DNA of 64,000 bases from Anaerovoracaceae bacterium (GCA_036677845.1 JAVBVR010000025.1:46583-110582), one strand, 5' to 3'; shown: positions 54,005 through 63,400, counted from the stretch's first letter. Notes: generated by a model from the sequence alone, not told the origin. Numbers and translations: made by a program.

Positions 54005-56296
54005 ATGGAAAAGGAAATTTTTAAATTTGCCATGAAAGAGGCTCCCATTGGTTATTCATATCAAAAAGTTATCTTCGATCAGAACGGAGAGCCCTGCGAC
54101 TACGAGTTTGTCGATGTGAACGCTGCCTTTGCAGGACATTTCTGCATGGCGGAAGAGGAACTGATCGGCAGACGTTTTTCCGTGGCATTCCCTCAGTTAT
54201 ACAAGAATAAGCCGGAGTGGCTTCAACTGGCAGGCGAAATCGCCATAAAAGGCGGACAGAAGGATTTTGAACACTATTCCGATATTTTTAATCAATGGGT
54301 TCGCATAAAAATCCTGTCTCCGGATAAAAATTACTTTATCCTATATCTTCTTGATATCCAGAAAGACGACCAACCCGGTGCGCACGGGTATCCCGAAATC
54401 TTTAACGGAGGGGAAACATCAAAAGGCTCTGCGGAAGACAGGAAAACCTGGGAAAGACGCCTCTATGAAATTGCGGATATCCTCAGGCTGGAGAATGATC
54501 TTCAGTTTCAAAGGATCATTGAGAATTTGCCGTTTTCACTGGACATCATCAGTCTTGACGGCATTATCCTGTATGCAAATGCCAAGTGCCTGGAGCTCTT
54601 CGAACTGGATGAGAGCGCCATCGGGAAAAGAACCACCAACGACCTGTGGGCAGAACCGGCAAAACATGATTTCTGGATTGAAGCGCTGGGAAGACAAGGA
54701 GTCGTGAATGATTTTGAAATGCATTTAAAGACATCAACCGGGAAAGAATTCTGGGCCATCGGCAGCGGCATTATGATCCAATATCAGGAGAAGACTTGCG
54801 TCCTATCCACTCAGATTAATATAACAGAGCGCAAAAGGATGGAATCCGCTCTGAAAACCAGTGAAGAGAAATACCGGCTGCTCACCGAATTCACATCAGA
54901 TGTCATATGGATACTGAATTTAAAGAAGCAAAAATTCACATATATCAGCCCTTCGATTTATTATCTGACAGGTCAGACAGCGGAAGAAGCGGCTGCCATG
55001 AATCTTACCGACTCGCTGACGCCGGAATCGGCAATCATCGTAAGGGAGTCAATTGAGCTTCATCTTCAGGAGTTTACGCGAGATCCGGAAAATCAGAAAT
55101 CCTATATTCTTGAAATCAGACAAAAATGTAAAAACGGTGAAGTCATCTGGGTTGAGGTTTCTACGAAATACCGGTTCAACGATGAAGGAGATATTGAAAT
55201 CGTTGGCGTCAGCCGTAATATTGAGGAAAGGAAAAAAGCCGAGCGGGAGGTGCTGTATCTCAGTTATCATGATCAGCTGACAGGTCTTTACAACCGGAGA
55301 TATTATGAAGAGGAATTGCAGAGGATCAATTTCCGCCGTAACCTGCCTTTGACTCTGGTCATCGCAGACGTCAACGGCTTGAAGCTGACCAATGACGCGT
55401 TTGGGCATATTGCCGGTGATGATTTATTGAAAAAATTCACTTCTATCATAAACAAGAGGCTGAGAGCGGAGGATGTAGCTGCCAGAATCGGCGGCGACGA
55501 GTTCGTGCTGCTGCTCCCACAAACGAATTTCGATGAAGCGGGAGCTTTCATACAGCGCATCCAGGAAGACATACATAACGTGAAATCCGAACATGCGATT
55601 CTTTCGGTTTCCTTCGGCTGGGCGACAAAAGCGTCGGTTGACGAGGATTTCGACGCACTTTTCATCCAGGCGGAAGACAGTATGTACCATACCAAGCTCG
55701 TCGAAAGCATGAACATGAAGAATGAAACGATCCGGCTTGCAATGAAAAAGCTGTATCGTAAAAATATTGTGGAACAGCATCACTCTGAAGAGGTGGCCAA
55801 GCTTTGCATCGAGATCGGTAAAGCGATGAACTTAAGCAATGAGGAATTAAGGGATCTGGAATTGCTTGGACGGATGCACGATATCGGTAAAATCGGAATA
55901 CAGGAAGGCATTTTGAAAAAAAAGAACAAGCTTAGCGAAACCGAATGGATGGAAGTAAGAAGACACCCGGAAATCGGCTATCAGATCCTTCGATCTGCCG
56001 ACGAGTATGTTCAGATTGCCGAATCGGTTTTATACCATCAGGAAAGGGCTGACGGCAAGGGTTACCCGAGAGGACTGAAACTGAACGAAATCCCGCTGCA
56101 TGCAAGAATCCTTGCAGTTGCAGAGGCCTATGACGCCATGGTGCACGGGGGCCGATACAAGGACTCCGCAGGTGAAAGAGATGCGGTGACAGAACTGGTC
56201 GCCAATGCGGGATCCCAGTTTGACAGGGAGATCGTTCAGATCTTTGTAGACAAGGTCTTGAGGAAACAGACAGAGCCCAAGGTTTTAGAAGCTTGA
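54005..56296 (+). CDS. PAS-PAS-GGDEF-HD-GYP signalling protein
   Basis: Intact GGDEF (RIGGDEFVLLL) with an RxxD I-site (RAED) 5 residues upstream. HD-GYP motifs HDIGKIG and HQERADGKGYP. The N-terminal ~400 aa look PAS-like. Confidence 0.85.
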   Translation: MEKEIFKFAMKEAPIGYSYQKVIFDQNGEPCDYEFVDVNAAFAGHFCMAEEELIGRRFSVAFPQLYKNKPEWLQLAGEIAIKGGQKDFEHYSDIFNQWVRIKILSPDKNYFILYLLDIQKDDQPGAHGYPEIFNGGETSKGSAEDRKTWERRLYEIADILRLENDLQFQRIIENLPFSLDIISLDGIILYANAKCLELFELDESAIGKRTTNDLWAEPAKHDFWIEALGRQGVVNDFEMHLKTSTGKEFWAIGSGIMIQYQEKTCVLSTQINITERKRMESALKTSEEKYRLLTEFTSDVIWILNLKKQKFTYISPSIYYLTGQTAEEAAAMNLTDSLTPESAIIVRESIELHLQEFTRDPENQKSYILEIRQKCKNGEVIWVEVSTKYRFNDEGDIEIVGVSRNIEERKKAEREVLYLSYHDQLTGLYNRRYYEEELQRINFRRNLPLTLVIADVNGLKLTNDAFGHIAGDDLLKKFTSIINKRLRAEDVAARIGGDEFVLLLPQTNFDEAGAFIQRIQEDIHNVKSEHAILSVSFGWATKASVDEDFDALFIQAEDSMYHTKLVESMNMKNETIRLAMKKLYRKNIVEQHHSEEVAKLCIEIGKAMNLSNEELRDLELLGRMHDIGKIGIQEGILKKKNKLSETEWMEVRRHPEIGYQILRSADEYVQIAESVLYHQERADGKGYPRGLKLNEIPLHARILAVAEAYDAMVHGGRYKDSAGERDAVTELVANAGSQFDREIVQIFVDKVLRKQTEPKVLEA

Positions 56297-56326
56297 CCCA
56301 GGTTTTTACAGAAAGTTTGGATGTGA

Positions 56327-56854
56327 ATGGAAAATATTATATTAATCGGCATGCCCGGCTGCGGCAAGAGCACGGTGGGCGTGGTGCTTGCCAAGGTAAT
56401 GGGATATCACTTTATCGATGCGGATCTCCTGATCCAGGAGAGGGAAAACCGGCTGCTGAGTGAGATTATTGAAGAGGAAGGACCAGAAATTTTTAATCGG
56501 ATTGAGAATGAAGTCAACGCTTCTATTCAGGCGGAGCGATCCGTGATTGCCACCGGGGGGAGCGTGATTTACGGAAAGGATGCAATGGCTCATTTAAGAG
56601 GGATCGGTGTTGTATTTTACCTTCGATTGCCTTTGAGCGAACTCCGGTATCGGCTGGGTGATTTGGTGGAACGGGGAATTTCCATGAAAGAAGGTCAGAC
56701 GCTGGAGGACCTGTATGAAGAGAGGACTCCGCTTTATGAAGAATACGCCCATCTGATTGTGGACGCGGGGGGACTGACCATCCGGGAGACGGTGATACTG
56801 ATCCGGGATAGATACCGGAGCTACAGACCATTCAGCTGTATTCCTGCTCTGTGA
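56327..56854 (+). CDS. aroK: shikimate kinase
   Basis: P-loop GMPGCGKST followed by IDADLLIQE. 175 aa. Confidence 0.85.
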   Translation: MENIILIGMPGCGKSTVGVVLAKVMGYHFIDADLLIQERENRLLSEIIEEEGPEIFNRIENEVNASIQAERSVIATGGSVIYGKDAMAHLRGIGVVFYLRLPLSELRYRLGDLVERGISMKEGQTLEDLYEERTPLYEEYAHLIVDAGGLTIRETVILIRDRYRSYRPFSCIPAL

Positions 56855-56869
56855 CAAGGGTCACAGAGC
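56846..56869. terminator. shared hairpin containing both convergent stop codons
   Basis: Perfect 10-bp stem GCTCTGTGAC / GTCACAGAGC with loop AAGG. The aroK TGA (56852-56854) lies in the 5' arm. The opposite gene's stop (56861-56863) lies in the 3' arm. Confidence 0.6.
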
Positions 56870-57283
56870 AACTTTTCCTCGATGCAGCATGTCGAGCGTC
56901 ACAGATGCTTCCTGAAAGCGTATCTCATAAAGTACCAGTTGTTTTCCCGCATGATCGATGGTTTCTTGATAACCCTCAATTTTTTCAGAAAATTCCTTCT
57001 GCAGATCAAAGATCGATAAATCGCTTTTCCTCACCGTGGCATCTACCGCCCGGACATGTCCGTTCCCGCTCTTCGGTATTGTCGTAAACGCTACGGTGCT
57101 GTTTTCTGAGAATTCCTTAACCTTCCGGTTTTTGCCGAAGGTGGCAAAATAGACGACACCTTTCCTGCTCACGTCATAGTAAAAGTTTACAATTCTCACA
57201 TTGGGGCCATCGTTTGAACAGGTCGCCAGTGCCATTTCGCCTTGTTCGGTCATCAGTTTGTTTAATTCGCTCAGATAATTCAT
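56861..57283 (-). CDS. pyridoxamine 5'-phosphate oxidase-family (general stress protein 26-like) protein
   Basis: AAAGGAGA RBS. 140 aa with the MALATCSNDGPNVRIVNFYY pattern of the split-barrel FMN-binding family. Confidence 0.7.
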   Translation of the reverse strand: MNYLSELNKLMTEQGEMALATCSNDGPNVRIVNFYYDVSRKGVVYFATFGKNRKVKEFSENSTVAFTTIPKSGNGHVRAVDATVRKSDLSIFDLQKEFSEKIEGYQETIDHAGKQLVLYEIRFQEASVTLDMLHRGKVAL

Positions 57284-57336
57284 TGAAACAGTCTCCTTTC
57301 AGTTTCGGTTTTATTATTCAGTATAGTCTCTTAACC

Positions 57337-57365
57337 TTGACATCTGAATGTCATAGTTTTAAAGT
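57337..57365 (+). promoter_or_regulatory. candidate promoter with overlapping 6-4-6 palindrome in a divergent intergenic region
   Basis: TTGACA (57337-57342), 17 nt, TAAAGT. The palindrome TGACAT-CTGA-ATGTCA lies at 57338-57353. Confidence 0.4.
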
Positions 57366-57397
57366 ATTATTAAAGCGGAAGGACGGGAGGAATCAGG

Positions 57398-58351
57398 ATG
57401 AAAACAGACCGGCTGATGTCCATTATTATGGTGCTGCTGAACCATGAACTTGTCAGCGCGGCTAAGCTTGCCGAAATGTTTGAAGTCTCAACCAGGACGA
57501 TTTTCCGTGATGTCGAGACGCTGTCAATGGCAGGGATACCAATTGTCACATTTACGGGTGTCAACGGAGGCATAGGCGTCATGCCCGAGTTTAAAGTAGA
57601 TAAAAAGCTGTTCACTCCTTCTGATATTTCAAAGCTGCTCATGGGGCTCAGGAGTATTACGCCGACCCTTACTCCCAGAGAACTGCAGGATACACTGGAA
57701 AAAGTAAAAAGCCTGATTCCGAAAGAGCATCACAGAGAGCTTGAAATTAAATCGAGCCAGATTAAAATTGATCTTACTGCCTGGACAGGCAATAAGAGTT
57801 TTGAGCCAAACCTTGAAAAGATAAAAAAAGCTCTTCAAGAATCCCGGTTACTGGCCTTTCGGTACTATGCCGGAAACAGGATGACAAGCGATCGGAAGGC
57901 CGAGCCGTATCAAATGATACTAAAGGCCGGACAATGGTATCTGCTTGGCTACTGTATGCTCAGGAACGGTTTTCGCCTGTTTAAGCTGTCGCGGATTTCA
58001 AACCTCGAAGTTCTGAATTCTTGTTTTGTTCCGAGAGAGTATGAGGATAAGCCATTGGACGGAACCGGCTGGATTGATCAGAGACTCACAACGGTTCGAT
58101 TGCTGATCGATGAGTCGCTGAGAGAGCATATCATCGATCGCTGCGGGGAAGAAAATATGGAACCCTTTGGAATCGGACAATTCCTTGTAAATTTTTCCTT
58201 TACGGAAGATGATTTCGGTTATAATACTCTGCTGGGGTTCGGGGAAAAGTGTGAATGCCTTTCTCCGGAGCATGTCCGCAGGGAACTCGCCCGCAGGATC
58301 AATATACTGGCGGCAATTTACAATAAGACCGGAGATGCCGATGCAAGATAA
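57398..58351 (+). CDS. HTH plus WYL-domain transcriptional regulator (YafY-like)
   Basis: N-terminal HTH (VSAAKLAEMFEVSTRTIFRDVETLSMAGIPI) and the WYL signature GQWYLLGYC. Confidence 0.85.
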   Translation: MKTDRLMSIIMVLLNHELVSAAKLAEMFEVSTRTIFRDVETLSMAGIPIVTFTGVNGGIGVMPEFKVDKKLFTPSDISKLLMGLRSITPTLTPRELQDTLEKVKSLIPKEHHRELEIKSSQIKIDLTAWTGNKSFEPNLEKIKKALQESRLLAFRYYAGNRMTSDRKAEPYQMILKAGQWYLLGYCMLRNGFRLFKLSRISNLEVLNSCFVPREYEDKPLDGTGWIDQRLTTVRLLIDESLREHIIDRCGEENMEPFGIGQFLVNFSFTEDDFGYNTLLGFGEKCECLSPEHVRRELARRINILAAIYNKTGDADAR

Positions 58352-58367
58352 AGATATCAGAGTCACA

Positions 58368-58400
58368 AAGACCGCAATTGACGGTCTTTTCTTTTCTTTT
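58368..58400 (+). terminator. intrinsic terminator
   Basis: AAGACCG / CGGTCTT stem followed by a TTCTTTTCTTTT run. Confidence 0.7.
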
Positions 58401-58445
58401 CTTTCTTTCCCACCTTTATTAACAGGAAAATTTTTTCAGATACTA

Positions 58446-58477
58446 TTGACAAACAATATTATACGAGATATAGTATT
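58446..58477 (+). promoter_or_regulatory. promoter of the padR operon with overlapping imperfect palindrome
   Basis: TTGACA (58446-58451), 17 nt, TATAGT (58469-58474). AATATTATA-CGAGA-TATAGTATT (8 of 9 complementary) spans the -10. Confidence 0.55.
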
Positions 58478-58539
58478 GAAAGATTAATAATATTGTAGTT
58501 GATTATAGTATGGACGTAAGGACAAAAGGAGGTAGAACC

Positions 58540-58866
58540 ATGGGGTTTCAGGTGGGTTCGACACTGCTGGATGCATGTGTATTGGCTGTGCTGTCACGGG
58601 GAGACACATACGGATATATCCTGACCCAGACCATGCGGGATGTTACGGATATATCGGAATCAACCCTGTATCCGGTTCTCAGAAGGCTGCAGAAGGATGG
58701 ATATCTGACAACCTATGACCAGCCTTATCAGGGTAGGAACAGAAGGTATTACACCATCACAGAGGATGGAAAAATGAAATTCGAAGGGTACAAGCGGGAT
58801 TGGATCCGGTATAAGACACAGGTCGATATCTTGTTATGTGGAGGGGATGACTATGAACAGGTCTGA
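58540..58866 (+). CDS. PadR-family transcriptional regulator
   Basis: ATG 58540 follows AAGGAGG. The YGYILTQTM...STLYPVLRRLQKDGYL pattern is typical of PadR. Confidence 0.85.
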   Translation: MGFQVGSTLLDACVLAVLSRGDTYGYILTQTMRDVTDISESTLYPVLRRLQKDGYLTTYDQPYQGRNRRYYTITEDGKMKFEGYKRDWIRYKTQVDILLCGGDDYEQV

Positions 58867-59455
58867 TTTTTTTAAGAGACTGGAACAGGGGCTGTCTAAG
58901 GTCTCCAAGGAAGAAAGAGAAGCCGCGCTGGACTATTATCATGAATATTTTGACGATGCCGGGGCAGAAAATGAACAGAAGGTAATTGAAGAACTCGGCT
59001 CTCCGGCACAAATTGCGGCGAGAATCAGAGCAGACGCTGCGGTGAAAGGACTGAATAAGGGTGAACCGCCATCGATGAAAAAGGGGATTTCTGCTGTCTG
59101 GCTGGTTATTTTAGCGATCCTGGCAGCTCCCATCGCATTGCCTTTGGCGATCGGTGCAGCGGCTTTGGCCATCGGACTGCTGGCCGCATTGATCGGAGTT
59201 CTGCTTGCACTGATTATAGGTGTTGCTGCCTTTTTTTTCGGAGGAATTATTGCGATTGCAGCCGGTATCGCAGCGGTTGCCACAAGCATTCCAGCCGCAA
59301 TCTTTTCGATCGGAGTGGGGATCCTGGTTCTGGGAATTTCGATCCTGATCGGTATTTTGGTCGTACTGGCTGCCAGAGGACTATTCGGCAGCTTTGCAAA
59401 AGGTATGAACAAACAGCTGAATCAAAAATCAAAAGGGGATGATTTCAATGAATAA
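58853..59455 (+). CDS. DUF1700-type membrane protein
   Basis: ATG 58853 lies 6 nt after GGAGGGG. N-terminus MNRSDFFKRLEQGLSKVSKEEREAALDYYHEYFDDAG, followed by an Ala/Gly/Ile-rich multi-TM region. Confidence 0.75.
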   Translation: MNRSDFFKRLEQGLSKVSKEEREAALDYYHEYFDDAGAENEQKVIEELGSPAQIAARIRADAAVKGLNKGEPPSMKKGISAVWLVILAILAAPIALPLAIGAAALAIGLLAALIGVLLALIIGVAAFFFGGIIAIAAGIAAVATSIPAAIFSIGVGILVLGISILIGILVVLAARGLFGSFAKGMNKQLNQKSKGDDFNE

Positions 59456-60503
59456 ATCATTAAAAGGTATCGCAATTACAGCAGCGGCCCTGGTAGTGGT
59501 CGGTCTTCTGCTCACGGGTATCGGCTTCATGCTGGGCGGAAATCAGCCGATCTGGCTGGACAGAAACGGCATCCATTTTGGGGAACGGAACGGCGAAAAG
59601 GCGGCAGGAGGCGATCTGGTCAGCTTTACGCAGGATATTGAGGGTTTCAGCAGCATCAATGTGGATCTGGATTTTTATGACGTGGATCTGGTTCCGGGAG
59701 ACAAATTCGAAATACAGGGGGCATACTTCCGTGAAGAAGGCAAGCCGGAGATCAAGGTGGAAAACGGAACCCTAACGGTAAAGGACAACGGTCGAAAGGG
59801 AATCAAAATCAGTATCGATCTGCCCGGACTCTTTACCTACGGCAATCATCCGAACATCAGGATTTTTTATCCGGAAAAAACCGACTTTCAGTCTGTTGTG
59901 ATACACTGCGATTCAGCGGACCTGAAGTTTGAAAACCTGACAGCAGAGAAAGCAGATTTTAAACTCGATTTAGGCAAACTTGAGCTTTCCGGCATTACCG
60001 CAAATAATGTTATGGTCAGTATGGACAGCGGGGACTGTTCCATAAAAGGAGTCAAAGCTGCGGAGCAGCTTACTGTGACGAATAATCTGGGCAAAATCGT
60101 GCTGGAAAATGCAGAAACGAAGACCCTGAAGCTCGATGCGGACTCCGGTGATGTGACACTTGCCGATACAACATTTGAAAGCGGCGATCTAAGTGTTAAT
60201 CTGGGCAAACTTACAGCAAGGGGAATCCTATCAAAAGGCCTCAAAGTAAGGGCCGACAGCGGGGATATCAACATTGAGGGTAAGCTTTCCGGGGTCACTG
60301 ATTTAAAGAATGACATGGGGGCGGTTACCGTAAGCCCGGGCGGCCCGAAAGACCAGTTCAGCTATGAACTCAATGCAGATCTGGGAAGCGTGACCGTCGA
60401 CGGTAAGAATACTGCCGGAAGTGTAGCTTTTTCCACTCCATCGTCAGAACACATCCTAAAGATATCCACTGATATGGGTGCGATCAATGTGAATTTCAAC
60501 TAG
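59448..60503 (+). CDS. DUF4097-type beta-strand-repeat protein with N-terminal TM anchor
   Basis: ATG 59448 lies 9 nt after AAGGGG. Contains repeated SGD(V/I/C)-containing beta-repeats (DSGDCSIKG, DSGDVTLAD, DSGDINIEG). Confidence 0.75.
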   Translation: MNKSLKGIAITAAALVVVGLLLTGIGFMLGGNQPIWLDRNGIHFGERNGEKAAGGDLVSFTQDIEGFSSINVDLDFYDVDLVPGDKFEIQGAYFREEGKPEIKVENGTLTVKDNGRKGIKISIDLPGLFTYGNHPNIRIFYPEKTDFQSVVIHCDSADLKFENLTAEKADFKLDLGKLELSGITANNVMVSMDSGDCSIKGVKAAEQLTVTNNLGKIVLENAETKTLKLDADSGDVTLADTTFESGDLSVNLGKLTARGILSKGLKVRADSGDINIEGKLSGVTDLKNDMGAVTVSPGGPKDQFSYELNADLGSVTVDGKNTAGSVAFSTPSSEHILKISTDMGAINVNFN

Positions 60504-60511
60504 AATCCATG

Positions 60512-60536
60512 AAAACCCTGCTCCGGCAGGGTTTTT
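60512..60536 (+). terminator. intrinsic terminator
   Basis: AAAACCCTGC / GCAGGGTTTT with loop TCCG, followed by T. Confidence 0.85.
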
Positions 60537-60655
60537 CGGTCTGATCGAATACAGCATTTAAAAAAGGAGAAGCTATTTCCATAACAGGATAACTATGTTA
60601 TACTATTACGATAACTCAGCTGCCTGGTATTCGATCCGGGGCACGAAAGGAAGAG

Positions 60656-62578
60656 ATGAAAATGACAAAGAAAACATACTACATTTCGACACCGATTTAT
60701 TATCCAAGCTCTAATCTTCATATCGGTCACACGTACTGCACCGTTATGGCGGACGCTATGGCGCGCTTTAAACGGCTGACAGGACATGATGTGATGTTTC
60801 TGACCGGAACCGACGAGCATGGACAGAAGATCCAAAAGGTGGCAGATGAAAGGGGTATGTCTCCGCAGCAGCACGTAGACAGGATTGTTGACGGAATCAA
60901 AGAGTTATGGAAGACGATGGAGATCTCCTACGACGATTTTATCAGAACGACGGAACCCAGACATGTAAAGCGGGTTCAGAATATATTCATGAAGATGTAC
61001 GAGAAGGGGGATATCTACAAGGGAGAATATGAGGGCTGGTACTGCACTCCATGCGAGGCGTTCTGGACTGAGACTCAGACAGTTGAGGGCAAGTGCCCTG
61101 ACTGCGGGCGGCCTGTGGAAAAGGCCAAGGAATCGGCATATTTCTTCAGGCTTTCCCAATATCAGGACAGGCTGATCGACCTGTTTGAAAACAATCCGGA
61201 ATTTCTGCAGCCGGAGACCAGAAGAAACGAGATGCTCAACTTTGCAAAACAAGGACTGGAGGACCTCTGCATTTCAAGATCCTCCTTCAGCTGGGGCATT
61301 CCCGTTCCTCTTGACGAAAAACATGTTATTTACGTCTGGCTTGACGCACTTTCCAATTATATCACCGCTCTCGGCTTTCCGGACGAACCGGAAAAGTATG
61401 ATAAATACTGGCCTGCCGATGTCCACCTGGTGGGAAAGGAAATCGTCCGGTTCCATTCCATCATCTGGCCGGCAATGCTCATGTCCCTCGACGTTCCGCT
61501 TCCGAAGAAGGTCCTCGGTCACGGCTGGATCCTGCTGGAAGGCGGTAAGATGTCCAAGTCGAGAGGGAATATCGTAGATCCTGTGACGCTTATTGAACGC
61601 TACGGAGTCGATGCACTGAAATATTTCCTGCTCAGGGAGTACACCTTCGGACAGGACGGCCTGTATACCAACGAAGTTATGCTGAACCGCATGAATTTCG
61701 ACCTGGCCAATGACCTTGGAAATCTGGTAAGCAGAACCGTTGCGATGATAGAGAAATACAATGGCGGAACCCTCCCTCAGGCGAAAGCGGGAGGGGAGTT
61801 TGATGATGACTTGAAGGCGGTAGCCCTGGGCGCGGCAGCAAAAGTGGAAGCCTATATGGATAAATTCAGCTTCAGCCAGGCACTGGAGGAAATCTGGATC
61901 GTCATCAGGAGAACCAACAAGTACATTGATGAGACGATGCCATGGGTACTGGCAAAGGATGAATCTGCCGGAGACAGACTGGATACCGTACTGCATAACC
62001 TGGCGGAAGCTATCCGCATCGTATCCGTGCTGATCTACCCGTTCATGCATACGACCTCTGCAAAGATCAGGAAGCAGCTTGGCATCTGGTATGCCGATGT
62101 TGTATGGGAGGATGCTTTTGTCTTTGACATGATGGGCGGCGAACAGGTGAAGAAGGGAGACGCAATCTTCCCGAGGCTCGATGTGGAAAAGGAGCTCCAG
62201 GAGCTGGAGGCACTGAAGGGCGAGCCGGAAGAAGCTGCTGCACCTCCTACGGAATTCAAACCGGAGATTACAATCGATGATTTTGAGAAGATCGATCTGA
62301 AGGTAGGCGAGATCCTGGACTGCAAAAAGCATCCGAAAGCAGACAAGCTTCTGGTGTCCCAGGTAAAGATAGGTCCCGACACAAGGCAGATCGTGTCGGG
62401 GGTGGCAAAGGACTTTACTCCGGAAGAAATGAAGGGAAAAAAAGTCATCGTCGTTGCCAACTTGAAGCCCATCAGTCTGAGAGGAGAGGAATCAAAAGGG
62501 ATGATTCTTTTTGCGGACAACGGGGAGAAGCTGGCCTTTGTGACCACCGATGCAGCCGACGGAAATTCCGTAACCTGA
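60656..62578 (+). CDS. metG: methionine--tRNA ligase with C-terminal tRNA-binding (EMAP/Trbp111-like) domain
   Basis: HIGH-type motif NLHIGHTY, KMSKS motif, and a CxxC...CxxC zinc knuckle (CTPC, CPDC). 640 aa. Confidence 0.95.
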   Translation: MKMTKKTYYISTPIYYPSSNLHIGHTYCTVMADAMARFKRLTGHDVMFLTGTDEHGQKIQKVADERGMSPQQHVDRIVDGIKELWKTMEISYDDFIRTTEPRHVKRVQNIFMKMYEKGDIYKGEYEGWYCTPCEAFWTETQTVEGKCPDCGRPVEKAKESAYFFRLSQYQDRLIDLFENNPEFLQPETRRNEMLNFAKQGLEDLCISRSSFSWGIPVPLDEKHVIYVWLDALSNYITALGFPDEPEKYDKYWPADVHLVGKEIVRFHSIIWPAMLMSLDVPLPKKVLGHGWILLEGGKMSKSRGNIVDPVTLIERYGVDALKYFLLREYTFGQDGLYTNEVMLNRMNFDLANDLGNLVSRTVAMIEKYNGGTLPQAKAGGEFDDDLKAVALGAAAKVEAYMDKFSFSQALEEIWIVIRRTNKYIDETMPWVLAKDESAGDRLDTVLHNLAEAIRIVSVLIYPFMHTTSAKIRKQLGIWYADVVWEDAFVFDMMGGEQVKKGDAIFPRLDVEKELQELEALKGEPEEAAAPPTEFKPEITIDDFEKIDLKVGEILDCKKHPKADKLLVSQVKIGPDTRQIVSGVAKDFTPEEMKGKKVIVVANLKPISLRGEESKGMILFADNGEKLAFVTTDAADGNSVT

Positions 62579-62605
62579 TGAAAAGCCAACGGGGAGAGTG
62601 ATATC

Positions 62606-63400
62606 ATGTTATTTGATTCTCATGCACATTTAAACAGCGAACGGTACGAAGGGGATCGGGATAAAATTGCAGAAGCGGTAGAAAAATCCGATGTGGCTTA
62701 TGTGATGGACATCGGCTATGATCTGGAAAGCTCGGTCATGGCTGTGGAGCATGCACGGAAATATTCCTGGTGCTATGCAGCCGTAGGGTGTCATCCTCAC
62801 GATACGAAGACAATGGATGAGATGACCCTGACCATGTTCCGCACATTGGCGAAAAAGCCGAAGGTGAAAGCCATCGGTGAAATCGGACTGGACTACTATT
62901 ACAACCATTCAGAAAAAGAAGTGCAGCAATACTGGTTCCACCGCCAGGTCCGGCTGGCTGTGGAACTTGATATGCCCATCGTCATCCATGACAGGGACGC
63001 AAATGAGGACGTACTCAGCATCCTGAAGGAGGAAGGCGTTTTCGGCAGGCAGAGAGCAGAAAAGCTGGGAGACGCAAAGCTCCTCATGCACTGCTTTTCC
63101 GGCAGCAAAGAGCTCGCCCGGCAGTATGTCAAGCTTGGTGCGACTATCTCCATTGCAGGCCCGGTAACCTATAAAAATGCAAGAAAGAGCATTGATGTCG
63201 TGGAGGAAATTCCGCTGGAACGTCTGCTGATTGAGACCGACGCTCCGTATCTGACGCCGGAACCCTTTCGGGGAAAGCGCAACGAGCCCGTTTATGTGGA
63301 ATATACGGCGAGGAAAATAGCAGAGATAAAAGGCCTTACTTATGAGGAGACGGCTCGAATCACCTGCGATAATGCAAAAAGATTCTATGGTATTGATTAA
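62606..63400 (+). CDS. tatD: TatD-family metal-dependent hydrolase (YabD-like)
   Basis: MLFDSHAHL N-terminus, plus IETDAPYLTP. Conserved position after metG. Confidence 0.9.
   Translation: MLFDSHAHLNSERYEGDRDKIAEAVEKSDVAYVMDIGYDLESSVMAVEHARKYSWCYAAVGCHPHDTKTMDEMTLTMFRTLAKKPKVKAIGEIGLDYYYNHSEKEVQQYWFHRQVRLAVELDMPIVIHDRDANEDVLSILKEEGVFGRQRAEKLGDAKLLMHCFSGSKELARQYVKLGATISIAGPVTYKNARKSIDVVEEIPLERLLIETDAPYLTPEPFRGKRNEPVYVEYTARKIAEIKGLTYEETARITCDNAKRFYGID

Noticed and set aside
58385-58410. Pyrimidine microsatellite-like run TTTTC TTTTC TTTTC TTTC TTTC after the WYL gene.
   Set aside because: It coincides with the U-tract of the terminator at 58368-58400. It is short and intergenic, with no obvious phase-variable target.
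60537-60655. Looked for T-box leaders upstream of metG and the his operon (35513-35732), and for an S-box upstream of metY.
   Set aside because: The leaders are short (about 120-220 nt). They lack the conserved T-box sequence (GGTGGTACCGCG-like), a specifier-loop architecture or S-box blocks. Only ordinary promoters and terminators are visible.
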